DNA of 64,000 bases. Origin: Flaccisagitta enflata (Eukaryota). The position numbers and the translations under genes are program-made. Positions 28,649-42,137 of the stretch are shown one piece after another (position 1 is the stretch's first letter; each line of letters begins with the position of its first letter). The stretch lies in the NCBI GenBank assembly GCA_965153355.1, contig OZ231126.1, forward strand, positions 32,302,001-32,366,000, written 5' to 3'. The notes below the pieces were generated by a model. That model worked only from the letters and a program-made list of their open reading frames with translations. It ran no database searches and was not told the DNA's origin.

Positions 28649-31377
28649 GAGACAGAGAAATTAAGAACTCTCATAGCTGACAAAAGGGCGCAAACAGTAA
28701 AAAATCACAGTCCGAAAACACCCAAAAACTATTTTTTTACCGAATGTGTTTTACGAGTCGGAACATACCCAAAAACCATTTCATACCAAACATGTTTAAT
28801 AAGTCTGAACATACCCAAAAACCATTTAGGTAGATGAAAGAAAAATTGAACGTTTCGAAATTGTCAGAGGCAGTAAAATCTCAATCTGCGACTTTTGTCG
28901 AGGGTTCAAAAGAGGAGGAGGAGGAAGAGGAGGAGGAAGAGAACGAGGAGAAAGAAGATGAAGTCAATGGCGTGAGGGGGGCGTGGTAGGCCCAGGACAT
29001 GATCAAGGTGGGGAATCCCCACTGGGTTGGGAAGGTAAGATGAAACAAGGCCGGATACACGGCTACCCCAGTCGCGTGCGGGTGGGCAGGGGCCATATCT
29101 GAGATCACTTCATCATTTGGGTAGGAGCAAAGAGGCCAAATACCGCAAAAACCCATAAAAGTAAAGTGTGACGGACAGACGGCCGGACGGATGGACGTAC
29201 GGACGGCAGGACCGACAGACCGAAAAAGCGGGGTGTTGAGTCGCGTAGCACGCGACTAAAAACTACTAATCGGCGTTCAGGGGTGGCGATGAAAAGTCCA
29301 GACTGACAGCGCAGATTGAGAAGATAATACAACCTTGGAAATAAGTTTATCGCATCACTCAAAGCCTCATATCTCCTTTGCAAATAAAAAAATCTCAGAA
29401 AAATTGGTGAGATTTGGAAACGTCTTCAAATTTTCTAGTAGTTGGTGCCAACCGCATTACTATGCATCTAACCGTTTAAAAATGAGAGCTGAATGAAGTT
29501 AGGTACCTTTTTAGAAAAATGGCAAAAAAATTGTTTTTGAAATGTTATTCATGGAAGATGGCGCATCTGCTCACTGGCTGTTTCAATGAAGCAATGGCAT
29601 CAAAGGCACAGTATCAAAGGTCAAACACTGCTCCAGTTGGCCCAGAAACAGCTCAGATCTCAACCTGATTGAATAGCTATGGTCCCAATTGAAGCAATGC
29701 CAAAATCAACAATGTTCAACATGGATGGCAGGATCAGGACTAAAACAAATCGTGCTAAGCTCCAGAGGAAGATCACACTATCATACCTTCAGTTGCAGTG
29801 CAGAAGCATGCTAAGACGCAGTAGGGCGTTTGAAAAGGTGAAGGAGTGCAATACCAAGTATCAAAATTGTTTCAGACATGTTAATTGTATTGTCTTGCCC
29901 ATAAAACGCCCCTTAGCCAATAATGTGATAAACTTTTTTCCAAGATAGTAGATACAGAATGGAAAGAGAATGAGGAGAGAATGGGCAGAAAATAGATACA
30001 GAATGGACATGGGATGGGCAGAGATTGGGCAGAGATTGGGCAGAATATGGACAGAAAATGGACAGATAATGAATAGAGAGTGAACAGAAAATGAGCTATC
30101 TGATTCCTGCAGGTTTGAGATATGGTAGTAACCGGGGTACAGGTATGGTAGTAACAGGGTAACCCATGAGAATCGGAGCGGGATGGAAAAGGGGTTCAAA
30201 GAAGGGGCGAAGTGAGAGGGAATGGTCTCTCTCTATGGTTGCTTTGATCACTTAAACTCCGGCAATTTCCATCAAATTCTTTTCTTTTGTGTCTTTAACG
30301 TGTTTCGTGCCTGACAGTCTGCCCTCAAACTTAGTTTGCTCTCAATGTTCAATTGTGTCTTTCGATTCTTTAAAAGACCAATCGTAACTATGCTGGTGCG
30401 TTTGTATGTGTTCGTATCCGTCTGATCACTTTTGTCTGTTTCTCCTTTCGCCAGTCATTTTACTACCTAGAGCAAAAGTATGGAAACACTGTAGTGATTG
30501 AATACTTTATGCAAAGAATTTCTATAAAAAAAACCTTAAGAATATATTAGATACCTATTTCAATATCTCGGAGGTTTAACAAGTAATCAAGTATAGGTTT
30601 TTAAACATTTTCAAATGAATGTTGGAGATAAACGCATTAAATGTATCTTCCTTTCCATTAGTTACCACCCCTCTAGATCGAAATGGGGTCCTGGCTTTCA
30701 TTTCAGAGGTAATTTAACGACTAAAGCCTTTTGGCTAGCTGTTCCAGGCAAAAAAAGGTACAATTTTACTAAACTACAGGTAGCATGGGTCAATTGAAGT
30801 CAAGGTATACATGCGGCTGAATGACATGAAAATTGTATACTGTAAACATAGGCCGTTGTCAACTAAGGGGTGAAAAGAGAATAAAAAATAGATTTATGAA
30901 GGTCAATAAAACTAATGATAATTATTGAAGTAACAAAAAAACGATGATAGATCACTAGATAAATCTATTCTTAGACAGTTGCAATATGTTTATTACGGTT
31001 GTATATAACTGCTATACGTGATCGCTAAAAATCATAATTCACTGCAATATGCAAATGAGCTTTTTGGACAATACTTATCACATGCATGTATTTGAATGTG
31101 ATTGCAGTTATGTCAGCTTTTTTAAGCTAATGTATCTCCATTATTATTGAAAAGCCAACAATACACAATGTAAACGCAACTTTATTCAAAGTAATTGCTA
31201 TATCAGTGAGTCAGTTTGGCAGCTGTTTGCCTAATGAAGGCGAACATTGAAAGAAAAATGATACTACGTAATGAATTAGCTGGAAAAATATTGACCTCAC
31301 CATGATTTTCCAATTTCGGTTCAATCCATAAAGATTCAATAACACTTGTAGTGTCCACTGTTCCTGTACCATTTTTT

Positions 31378-31705
31378 AGTAGCATAACAAGAGTTCATGC
31401 AAATTCATAGCAGAATTCTCTATCAGAGGGATATGACTCAAAATCACTTCCACAGATAAACCACAACAAAAATTTGGTCCTGGAACCTGTAAAAATTACC
31501 GCTGCCCCCCTTATCATATCCCAAAGAAAATGTACAAAAAAGATTGTTGCCTATGCTTTAATATGGGAAAGGGGGCAGGTGGCGGCGCTAATACATAGGA
31601 GTTCCAGGGCTAAATTTTTTTCATAGACTATCTGTGAACATGATTTTGGGCTGTATCCTTCTGATAGAGAACTTTTCTATGAAATCTCATTAATTCTTGT
31701 TAGGC
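31378..31705. mobile_element. ~330-bp MITE; second, inverted copy at ~34374-34705
   Basis: TAGCATAACAAGAGTTCATGCAAA... is the reverse complement of ...TTTGCATGAACTCTTGTTATGCTA (~34681-34704). Confidence 0.65.
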
Positions 31706-34700
31706 TCCTTTTCAGCCTTATCAAATGGTTTAAAAGATGTTATTTTCATATGAATTATTGTTCCCCTGAAGAAAAACTTACCATTCAATGCACAGCAATC
31801 ATTCCAGGAATTGGGTCTTTTAATTGAAATGCGATATCATCATGGAGAGGTGGGCAAGGGTCCAAAACCCCCTTCCACACCCCTATATACATGTACGGCC
31901 TCTCAAATGTGCATTTTCACATACCTTGACTCAATGACTCATGCATTATGGACCAACGCAGGGACAGATAAAGCCTTTTAGGAAGTCGCTAGTCCACCAC
32001 TAAAAATGTTACAGACCAAAGGATGGACACAGCAAAGTATAAATTCACATGACAGCCACTAAAAACTACATTCTAATGCTTAATGATGGTTTTTAGTTGT
32101 GGATACACAACTTTAAATGAGGCTTTAATCCCTTTGTTGGTCTGCTGGTCTGTCAGTCCATCCATCCATGGTGATCTCGAGAGTCAGCGTAAAAACGCGT
32201 ATTTATGAATTATGATGCTGCAGATACGATTGTCTGTGCATGTGAGAGTGAGCATGGAGAGTTTCATATGGGGTAAAGTCCCTGCCCACTTATCCGTAAT
32301 GACATTGTGACCCCATGTCTCTGTCACTTGTTGTTATGTATTTGATGTACCTAGTCAGAGAATAGCTTTTTTAATGTATACTCTGTGTAAAAGTTTAAAA
32401 GATTATGTTATGTCATTCTGAGCCATTTTTAAGGACATTTAGGACATTCAAAAGTTTTTCCTGGTCTTTTCAGGAGATTTTTAAAAGATATTTGTCATTT
32501 CTTTTGACAAAATGTTTTTGAACCTTTTGGCTTTGCCTTTTTAACAGAGGATTGGTCCAAGGAGTATTTTGCCAACATCTGAACTCTATCAACGGGGTGT
32601 CCATGGATTTTCATTATGTGTCATATATCTCTTAAAATGCATAGATACCACAACTCTATATAACAGGGTGTGTCTGTCAGTTTGTCTGTTTGTAGGTAAC
32701 ACAGAAAAGGCTAACCAGCAGATCAAGCAGGTAAAAGTTTTGTGCAAGCGAATAAAAGGGCAAAGTTTTTGCTTTATTAGTAGGTCTGTCTGCGTTTGTC
32801 CATGAGTTTGCCCATCTTCCCCCCCCTCAGGACGCAAATCAATCTAATAAAGGTTCAAATCAGCCCTCTTGAGCCCTATATCAGTTTCCTTAGGCATCAA
32901 ATCAGCCTACTCAGTCCTCCAAACAGCCCTCTCAAACCTCAGGATTCAGGACCTTGTATTCTACAGAACTTGTCTCTATGGGCCCTTCCAAAAGTCAAAT
33001 TTGCGTGTCCGCGACTAAAAAGAGATTTATGATCATGAAGCTGTAATTAAGGGCTTTAAAAGGAAAATTCCCCAACAATTTTTTTTCTCAAATTTTCATC
33101 CATTCCTTATTTCTTTTTTGCAACTTATGACTCAAATGATATTTGATGGATTTGCAGAAAATTACATCAGTTCGAATGTTCATGAAACGAATTCTATGAA
33201 AGTGGCTTTTTTAGTTTCTTTGTTTACAAGCAAAAAAAATTATCAACCAATAATTTGGCCGGAGGAACGTTAAAAACTGGTTGATTCCCTTTTTCATACA
33301 AACAACCTGTACAAAACTGCTCAAAACCTATCAATATTGATAAAATAAACCCCAGATCAGTAAAAATGGCATCAGTGTGATGATTGATATGGAGCAGATG
33401 TTATGCCAACAGTAAAAGCGGGTTAACAATATTTTCGCAGATTGGTGGGCAGGGGCATTCAACCCCCACTCCCCACTCCCAACACCCCCACACACAAACC
33501 TGAAGAATGCTCATTTTTTCCCCCTCCTACCAGATAACCGTTAACACGGACAGATGGATAGACCGACTAAGCAATGGAAAAATCTTTTATGTAGTTGCTT
33601 GCCTGTGACAAGAAATGGGCAGAAAATGGCATATCGAGCCCAATATGCTCATAAAGGCCCTTAAATGGTGCTGTTAATTTATGAGGAATTTATTTTAGAC
33701 CATTTTCCTTAGCTGAATTGGTTTCCCTCTCCCAAATAAAGTAACGTAGCTCATGCAACTGCCATGGTTACCTTATTTAGCAGCTTTTTCTACTAAAAAA
33801 GGCCAAAATGCCCAATCGGGGCCTAATTTATGGTGGTAGTTGATAAAGATAATTGTTGGAGACCATTTTTGACAGCAGATTTAGATTCCTCACCCCAAAA
33901 ATAGTATAATTACTTCTGGATACACAATTACTAGCGTCTTAAAGGCTTTTATACCCCAAAAAAGCCAAAAATGCTGCAGTCAAATCGAGGATGACAAATC
34001 GCGTAACACCCCTTACACAAAATAGGACAGTGCTACCCGGTATCAAACAAAATATGCACTTTTTTTGTGATGAACAGTCAGTCAAAACACCAATGATGCT
34101 TTTACAACTCTGAAATGGACGTTTTGAGCTAGATGGGTCCTAACTATTTCCATGGAAACTGTTTAAGAACATTTTTTAATCAATACTTCATGCTCTTTTT
34201 GTTTTTTTTTACAACCACAATGATTCAATAGGGTTGGAATCAGCAAATGAAATAAATTAGTCTATGGCATAGTAGAAGGGACCAAAAATAAGATGAAAAA
34301 AAAATCAATCTATCTCTAAAATGATGTTGTCACTTCAAGCAGAAATCTTTTTGTGATAGTTTTGCTATTATCTAGTAGCCTAACAACAAAAATTGTGATG
34401 TCATAGAAAAGTTCTCTATCAGAGGGACATGGCTCAAAATCATGTTTACAGGTGGTCCATGAAAAAAATTCAGCCCCGGAACCCCTACAAATTAGCGCCG
34501 CCACCTGCCCACTTTGCCATAATGAAATATAGGCAAAAAATTGTTCCTGTACATTTTCTATGGGATATGAGGAGGGTGGCGGCGGTATTTTCTAGAGGTC
34601 CCAGGACCAAATTCTTGTTTTGGGTTGTCTGTGTACGTGATTTTGAGTCATATTCCTTTGATAGAGAACTTTCCTATGACTTTGCATGAACTCTTGTTAT

Positions 34701-34729
34701 GCTATTATTTAGTTGAGGTACCTGTTTTG

Positions 34730-35055
34730 CAGGGGTGTATATTCTTGAGTCGCTTTTGATTTTTTTCCCCCCCCTGCCTTTGATTTTCTTCCCCGCGACG
34801 CGTCGCGTTGCGTTTTTATATCCATGATTTTCTTCCCCATATAGCAATAAAACTATGTAGTTAAGGTTTAAATAGTGTTAAATTGTGTTCTACTAATTGA
34901 GTTTTATGATTTGGTACTGTAAAAAGTTATATTTTCCTCAAATTTCCTTTTTTTCTCTTTTTTCCCCCTTAGATTTCCTTCCCCATCTCCAGACCCTTTG
35001 ATTTTTTCCCCCCCCCCACCGGGGGGGGGGGAAAACTCAAGAATATACAGGCCTG
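34730..35055. mobile_element. hAT-like MITE, 8-bp TSD
   Basis: CAGGGGTGTATATTCTTGAGT / ACTCAAGAATATACAGGCCTG; TSD CTGTTTTG on both sides. Confidence 0.8.
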
Positions 35056-35329
35056 CTGTTTTGTTTTGCTTGTCATCTCTAAACGGCTTGAGCTAGACAA
35101 ATGCGGTTTGCGGTATCATATCAGAAATTTGAAAAAAGTTTTAGAATCTCATTGATTTTTATATAAATTCGTTATTTCAAGCAGAGTTATGGTTATAAAC
35201 GCGTGTTTCCATACTTATGCTCTAGATAGTATCCGTTTACGTGCTTGTTTACACCTGTCTGAATATCTGTCTGCAATAATGCGGGTCTGACTGTCTGTGT
35301 GTCTCTATGTCTGTTGATCAGTCGGTAAG

Positions 35330-35371
<42 letters not shown>

Positions 35372-36116
35372 GCTTCTCTCACTAAGAGGAAAAGACAAGA
35401 AGATGAAAAAGATTTTCGCCTCAAAGTGTCTCTACGTCGCTCGATTCAGCTCACACACAAAATCCATTCCGACTCTACTTTACACTGGAGGCGGAAGCGT
35501 TAGGAGGGGCGGCGGAGGCAAAGGCGGAGGTAAAGGCGAAGATGGAGGCGGAGGTGAAGTCGGATGCGAAGGCGAAGGCGGAGGCGGCGGCGGCGGCAGT
35601 GCTAAAGCGGTAATGGTAGAGAAGGGGGAGGGGGCAATGATAGTGGCAGAGAGAAAAGGGAAGAAAGGAGGTGGGAGGGGGGAGCAGACGGCCGAAGAGG
35701 AAGAGGCGGAGGCAGCGGCAATGATGTCGGTAGAGTGGGAGGCAGGAGCGGAAGTAGGGATGGTTGCGGTAGTGTTAGCAGCAGCGGTGGCTGTTGAAAA
35801 GTCGCTGATGGCAATATATATGACCACGAAAGTGACACTGGCAGAGGTGAAGGAAGCTTTAGGGAGGATCATGAAGACGGTGGTAGTATCAAGCAAAGCA
35901 GTGATGAAGACGGCAGCGGTGAGGCCACAGAGGAGGAAGCAGTGAGGGAGGTGGCGTTTTAGTAGGAAGGGGTGCAGTGGAATCACAGAGGTGGAAGTGG
36001 CCAGCAAAGCAGTGGTGTAGCCGGCTGTGGTGAGGCGTTTGAGATGGATGAAACGATAAAGGTGTCGACGAATACATGTGACGCCTTCAAGCTTAGGCAT
36101 TCACGAAATGGTGGTT

Positions 36117-36237
<121 letters not shown>

Positions 36238-37567
36238 TGTAAGCAACCTGCGGTGTTGTCGACGTCAAAATGACGAATTAAAAAATAGCGGTGTAGAAAC
36301 ACGCTTCGAGCAGCGGAAGAGTTGGCGTCCACAGAGGATATGGTTTTACATATTATATGAAATATTGTTGGTAAATAAAATTGCTGTAATTGTAAGAACT
36401 GGATCGGCATTAAAGGCTGCTGAGACAGAAATATATTTGGCAGTTGTGGCGTAGATTGAAAAAAGAAACACTGCAGTGACAGACGGACGGTAAAAGGCGG
36501 ACACGAGTGGAAGGTACGAAAGAGGGGAAGGGGTAGAAGGAGGGGGTAGAAGGGGGAGAGGGAGGAAGCAGAGATGGAGATGGGGAGGAAGCGGAGAGGA
36601 AGGAGGCGCCCAAGAGTCTAACCACGAAACTCGTATTATAACGACTTTACTGGGCGATTAAACCCAAACGAAAAACCCCGACTCTCAAAGACGAGGAGAG
36701 GAAGAAGAGGAAGAGGAGGAGGAGGAAGAGGAGGAGAAGAATATGGAAATTTGCATAACGATGACATTTCCTGCTCCCGTCGGGAAGGATTACGACGATG
36801 ACGGCACAGGCGGCGGCGGCAATGGGGTGGGATGACTACGGGAATGTGGTGGTGACGGCGGCAGTGTGAAGGTGATTGTGGCAGTGTGGTGGTGACGGCA
36901 AAAGGACAGTGATGAGGGTATAAGAGTGGTGGTGTCTCACCACTGGTGACGGCGGTAGAGTGATGCTGACGGCAGCAGTGTGGTGATGACGGCGGCAGTG
37001 TGGTGATGACGGCGGCAGTGACAGAGGCAGAGTTGAGAGAGTGACAATGACAGCGGTGACGGTGATATTGATAATGACTTGAAATGAGATGGGTGGAGAG
37101 TAATGAAAGTGGTTGCCAAGTCAAGTCACGTCACGTCACGTCATGTCAGGACAGATGATACGACGAAAATGTTGAAATGCCTAGCTAGTTATTACACATC
37201 GTATTTTGCCAAAAAAAGAAAAAAACCCACCAACAGAGACACTTATCTAACATCTAATTATTCAAAACTCCTTCTCTTAACTGCCGCATTTATTAAAGCT
37301 CGCTTGAATGCATTTAGTTGAGGCCCTTTGACTATCAATTTCTCTCACTCACTTTATTCATTTTTCGTCTCATTGATTTTATTCATTTCATTTCCGCTTT
37401 TCCCTATTTTGCGCTCTCCAGTTTCCCTGTCTCAGCCTCTGCCTGTTTCTGTCTACCTCTGTCTCTCACTCTCTCTCTCTTTGTTTGTCTGTCTTTCGGT
37501 CTGTCTCTGTGTCTTTCTATCATGTAGAGAGCAGAAGCTCTCTCTCTCTCTCCAGTCTTTATGTTTG

Positions 37568-38414
37568 AAACAAGGCCGGATACACGGCTACCCCAGTTGC
37601 GTTTGGGTGGGCAGGGGCTATATTTGAGGTCACTTATCATTTGGGCGGGTGCAGTGAGGCCAAAGACCGCAAAAAAACAAAACTAGTCATCCAAGGATCG
37701 CACATGGTCAGCGGTACCCGATGCCCTGCTGGGAGTGATTCAGTGATGAAGTGGAGTGAGAGCAGGGCAGCGGCCCCAAAGGGCCGATGTCCTGTAGAAC
37801 ACAGGGGGGAATTTCCAGACGTCCTGAGGGGGCATATTTCAGTCCTTAGATGACTAATTTAGGCCACAAAGGCATATTTGAAGGCTGGAGGGCAGAATTA
37901 AGGCTTGGAGAGCAGATTTGAGGTTTTGTGGGCAAATTATAGCCACGGACGGCTGGTTTGATGCTTTAGAGGCTAATTGAAGGTCTGGAGGGCATATTTG
38001 GGGTCTGTAGGGCAGATTTGAGGCTGAGGGGGCTGATTATAAGCCTGGAAGGCTGATTTGAGGCCTGGAAGGCTAAATTGAGAGCTGGGAGGGCAGATTT
38101 GAGGTCTTGATGGCCAACGGGGGGGGGGACGGAAGGACGGACGGACGGACGGACGGACGGACGGACGGACGGACGGACGGACGGACGGACGGACGGACGG
38201 ACGGACGGACGGATGGAAGGATGGACGGACGGACGGATGGACGGACGGACGGACGGATGTCTGGAAATTCCCCCCTGTGTTCTACAGGACATCGCCCCTT
38301 TGGGGCCGCTGCCCAAAAAGTAGAGTGTGACGGACGGACGGACGGGACAACGGACCAACGGACCAACGGACCGACAATGCGGGGTGTAGAGTCGCATAGC
38401 ACGCGACTAAAAAA
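37568..38414 (-). mobile_element. Family A element with a family B element (37681-38319) nested in its A-tract
   Basis: Family A ends AAACAAGGCCGGATACACGG and CACGCGACTAAAA enclose a complete family B copy. Confidence 0.7.
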
Positions 38415-39281
38415 AAGGAGCTACGGGAACTTTTCTGACAAATAGAAGCTTGGATATTTCACTCTTGAGGTGGAAAAAGCAAGAGAACTGAGAAGTAAAA
38501 AGAAGTAAAGAGAAGTAGAGAAAAGAGAAGTGAAATAAGAGAGAAATAAAGGAAAGGAAAGGAAAGGAAATGAAGAGAAGTAAAGTAAAGATGATTAAAG
38601 GAAAGGAAAGAGAAGTAAAGAGAAGTAAAGAGGAGAGAAGGAACAAGAAAAGGGCCTTAGAAGAAACAAAAATAAGTGTACAAAAAGGAGAGGTAACTGG
38701 GAAAAAAAGTCAGAGACAGAAATGGCGAGGATGAGCCCTCACGCGCAAGACGAGGAGAGATAGTCCGCCAGCGAATTTGGGGTTGTTCATCAACGGGGAA
38801 TGAACGCATGTTGAACAGTTGAACAGTTGCATAGAGCTGTTCATGAACGACTAAAAAGAGGCTCTTGGCAAACAATTTTGTTCATGGAGGGCCCAAAAAG
38901 ACCTGTTCATGAACGACCATTCATTGAGGGGTAAAAAAAGTCGTTGCTGAACAGGTAAAAAAAACCACTCCACCAATGGTTTTGTTGGTGGAGTGGGTTT
39001 TTTTACCTGATCATGACACATGCTTATCTGGCTGTTAAAGAACAGCAAAAAAAAGTTTTTTGATAACAGTTTTGAGCATCTAGTTTAATCTAACAAAGAG
39101 TTCATTGAGGAAACTTTTTTGACTCTTCATGAATGGCTGGGTTAAGGTAAGGTAAGGTAAGGCGGTAGCGCCCCTAGGCGAACATCTCGTTCGCATTGCG
39201 GGGGCCTCTTAATAGTCTCCAATTTGCGTGTAGCAGTTTTCCGCTTTTCCACCAGCGTGACCAAGTTTTTTTTCGTAGCTG

Positions 39282-42137
39282 CTACACTTCCGGTTGGTTT
39301 TGGGCTCCTTTTTTCCACTTGTCGTAAGCTGCTTTGAACCCATTGACAGTTTTTTTTTCTCTCACGTCATCCGGTATTCCGTTCCATACATGGGCCGCGC
39401 GCACCATGAACGAGTTTTTTCTGATTTCCAGCCTGGCCTTCTTGATTTTTAGTACGTTTTTTCTCCTCGTTTCTCCCTCCTCGGTGATTTTGACATTCCG
39501 TCGCGTCGGCCTTTGCTCGTTGTTTTCAATGTCAAACCATTTCGCTTTATTGACATTGTTGAAACCATTCAAAGTCTTGAATGCTTCTATCGCATCCCCT
39601 CTTTCCCTTCTTTCCGTCAATGGTAGGAGGCCAACGTCCTTCAACTTTTCCTCGTAGGTTTTTCCCCTTGCGTCCGAGAGAAGTCGTATCATGCGTTGTT
39701 GCACTCTTTCAAGAGCATTTTTGTCCATCTCCATCCACGGATTCCACGCTGCCACCGCGAACTCGAGCTTTGGCCTAATGAATGTTTTGTAGATGGGGAC
39801 GAGATTGTTTTTTGTTCTATAATGGAAGGCCCTTTGCATTTGTCCCAGTGCAAAATTTGCCATTTTTGCTGCCACCGCGCATTGTTTGCTGGGCTTCATC
39901 GATGTGTCTACCCATACACCCAAGTCTTTTTCTTCCTCAGCCTCCGCGATCTTTATGCCGTTCATAACGTATTCGTATCTTGGGTTTTTCCTTCCTAAGT
40001 GTAAGATCTTACACTTTGCCGTGTTAAAGCTCATCGCCCATCTTTCAGCCCATTTGACTAGATTGTTAATGATTGTTTGCATCTTGTCCTTATCTTCCTC
40101 ATTCCGTATCTTGAGCGCGACTTTTGTGTCGTCTGCAAACATCCTTATTAACGCGTCAAGCACCTCTTTGCGGATGTCGTTTATGAAGATGTCGAAAAGT
40201 GTTCCACCCAACACTGATCCCTGCACGACACTGCTAAGGACTTCAATCCATTCCGAGTACTTCCCCTCAATCTGCACTCGCTGTTTTCTTCCTTGCAACC
40301 AATCCTTCAGCCATTCCTTCGCTTTCCCGACAATCCCCACGGCCTCCAATTTCACCATCAGTCTTTGGTGGCACACTCGGTCAAACGCCTTGGAGAAGTC
40401 AAGATATAATATATCGAATGACTCTCCCTCGTCCATCCATTTTGTCACTTCATCCATAAATTCGATGAGATTTGTTTGTGGCGACTTTTTTGCTCGAAAT
40501 CCGTGTTGTTCCTCACATAGCAGATTGTTTTTCTCAATGTGCTCCATAACTTGCTCTTTGACCACTCTCTCCATCATTTTCCCCACCACGTTTGTCAGAC
40601 TCACCGGTCTGTAATTGCCTGGGTCCGACTTCTTTCCTTTCAGTTTATAGATAGGAGTCACACTTGCCTCTCTCCAGTCGTCTGGGATTTTTCCTGAGTC
40701 AATTGATTTTTGGAAGAGGATTGTGAGTGGCGGTGTCAGTTCCTCTTTCAACTCTTTCAAAACTCGAGGCGTAATTCCGTCGGGTCCGCACACCGAATGT
40801 TCCTTCAGATTCTTTAGAATCCTTTTCACCGTCGTTTGGTCTATCTTGATTTCCGACAAATACTCCTCACCTCCATACTCCTCGGCTTGAGGAATATTTC
40901 CTCCGCTTAGCGTAAAGACCGATGCTAGATAGTTGTTTAGCACTTCCGCTTGTTCCCGCGGTTCCGTGATTTGTTCTCTGTCGCCGTCCTTTAGCGGTCC
41001 TATCTTTGTTCGCGTTTTTCGTGACCTATTAATAAAGGCGTAGTACATTTTTGAGTCTTCTTTTCTGCATTTTGCGACTTTTCTTTCATATGCATTTTTC
41101 TTATTTCTTATTTTCTTTTTTGTCTCCGTCACTTTCTTCTTATATTCATCCTTATCTCTTCTTGTTCCAGATTCCTTCCACGTTTTCCACGCCGCCTTCT
41201 TCTTCTCAATCGCCTTCCGTATCTCATGATCCATCCACGGAGGCTGCGTCGTTTCTCTTCTTGTCTTAAGTGGAATATGCTTTGCCATAAGATCCTTGAT
41301 ATATTTTTTTAAAGAAAGCCACATGCCATTCACATCGTGCCCTTCCCATTCACGCGACCAGTTAATTTCCGCGATCGATTCCCGCATTACTGCAAAGTTC
41401 GCCCTCCGGTAGTTGAAAGTCTGTCGTTTTTCGGTCTGCCGTTTCTCCCCGACATCAATTGTGAATGATATGAGGTCGTGGTCGCTCCTCCCGATCCTCC
41501 CTTCGGCCCTTACCTCTTTGATTAACTCTTCGCGATTACAGAGAACGAGATCCAGTATGTTACGGTTTTCGTGCGTCGATTCTTTTACATACTGCTCCAT
41601 GAATACCTCCATTGTTGCGTCAAAGAAATCCCTTCCTCGCAAACCCGATCTGCCGTTTTGCCACTCGATATCTGGAAAGTTGAAGTCTCCGATTGATATA
41701 TTCGTTCCATTCATTTCTCTCACCCACTTACACAGACTTTCATCGTTGGCCTTTTGAGAATTTGGCGACCTATACACGACATGGACAGAAACATCTTCAC
41801 ATCCCAGTCTCATTTTTATCGATGCGTATTGGTTAAAGTCGGTGTTACATTCCACCGCTGTCACATTCATTTTAATCTTCGCATAAATTATTATACCACC
41901 ACCTCTTCCCTTCTCTGTATCATTCCGATCATGTCTCGAAATTATTTCATAACCATCTACATGCAGAATTTCGCTTCCAATCCCGTCATGCGTCCATGTT
42001 TCCGTTATTGCCATTAAGTCCGGATCCGTTATTGCCATGATCGCCTTAAATTCATCCATCTTACTAACAATACTTTGTACATTTGCGAACGCCACTTTTA
42101 CACCGCTCTTCGCGTTTCCGCCCGCCATGCTAGCCAT
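39282..42137 (-). CDS. LINE ORF2: AP endonuclease + reverse transcriptase (CR1-type), 951 aa
   Basis: EN motifs ITETW, YRSPN, GDFNFP, LDLVL, SDHDLI; RT motifs NYRPVSLT, QHGF, LDFSKAFD, QGSVLG, FADDTK. Confidence 0.95.
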   Translation of the reverse strand: MASMAGGNAKSGVKVAFANVQSIVSKMDEFKAIMAITDPDLMAITETWTHDGIGSEILHVDGYEIISRHDRNDTEKGRGGGIIIYAKIKMNVTAVECNTDFNQYASIKMRLGCEDVSVHVVYRSPNSQKANDESLCKWVREMNGTNISIGDFNFPDIEWQNGRSGLRGRDFFDATMEVFMEQYVKESTHENRNILDLVLCNREELIKEVRAEGRIGRSDHDLISFTIDVGEKRQTEKRQTFNYRRANFAVMRESIAEINWSREWEGHDVNGMWLSLKKYIKDLMAKHIPLKTRRETTQPPWMDHEIRKAIEKKKAAWKTWKESGTRRDKDEYKKKVTETKKKIRNKKNAYERKVAKCRKEDSKMYYAFINRSRKTRTKIGPLKDGDREQITEPREQAEVLNNYLASVFTLSGGNIPQAEEYGGEEYLSEIKIDQTTVKRILKNLKEHSVCGPDGITPRVLKELKEELTPPLTILFQKSIDSGKIPDDWREASVTPIYKLKGKKSDPGNYRPVSLTNVVGKMMERVVKEQVMEHIEKNNLLCEEQHGFRAKKSPQTNLIEFMDEVTKWMDEGESFDILYLDFSKAFDRVCHQRLMVKLEAVGIVGKAKEWLKDWLQGRKQRVQIEGKYSEWIEVLSSVVQGSVLGGTLFDIFINDIRKEVLDALIRMFADDTKVALKIRNEEDKDKMQTIINNLVKWAERWAMSFNTAKCKILHLGRKNPRYEYVMNGIKIAEAEEEKDLGVWVDTSMKPSKQCAVAAKMANFALGQMQRAFHYRTKNNLVPIYKTFIRPKLEFAVAAWNPWMEMDKNALERVQQRMIRLLSDARGKTYEEKLKDVGLLPLTERRERGDAIEAFKTLNGFNNVNKAKWFDIENNEQRPTRRNVKITEEGETRRKNVLKIKKARLEIRKNSFMVRAAHVWNGIPDDVREKKTVNGFKAAYDKWKKGAQNQPEV

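Larger units (their letters stand above)
30463..35229. mobile_element. ~4.8-kb TA-flanked TIR element carrying nested insertions
   Basis: TIR CTACCTAGAGCAAAAGTATGGAAACAC / GTGTTTCCATACTTATGCTCTAGATAG, TA flanks; no intact ORF. Confidence 0.65.
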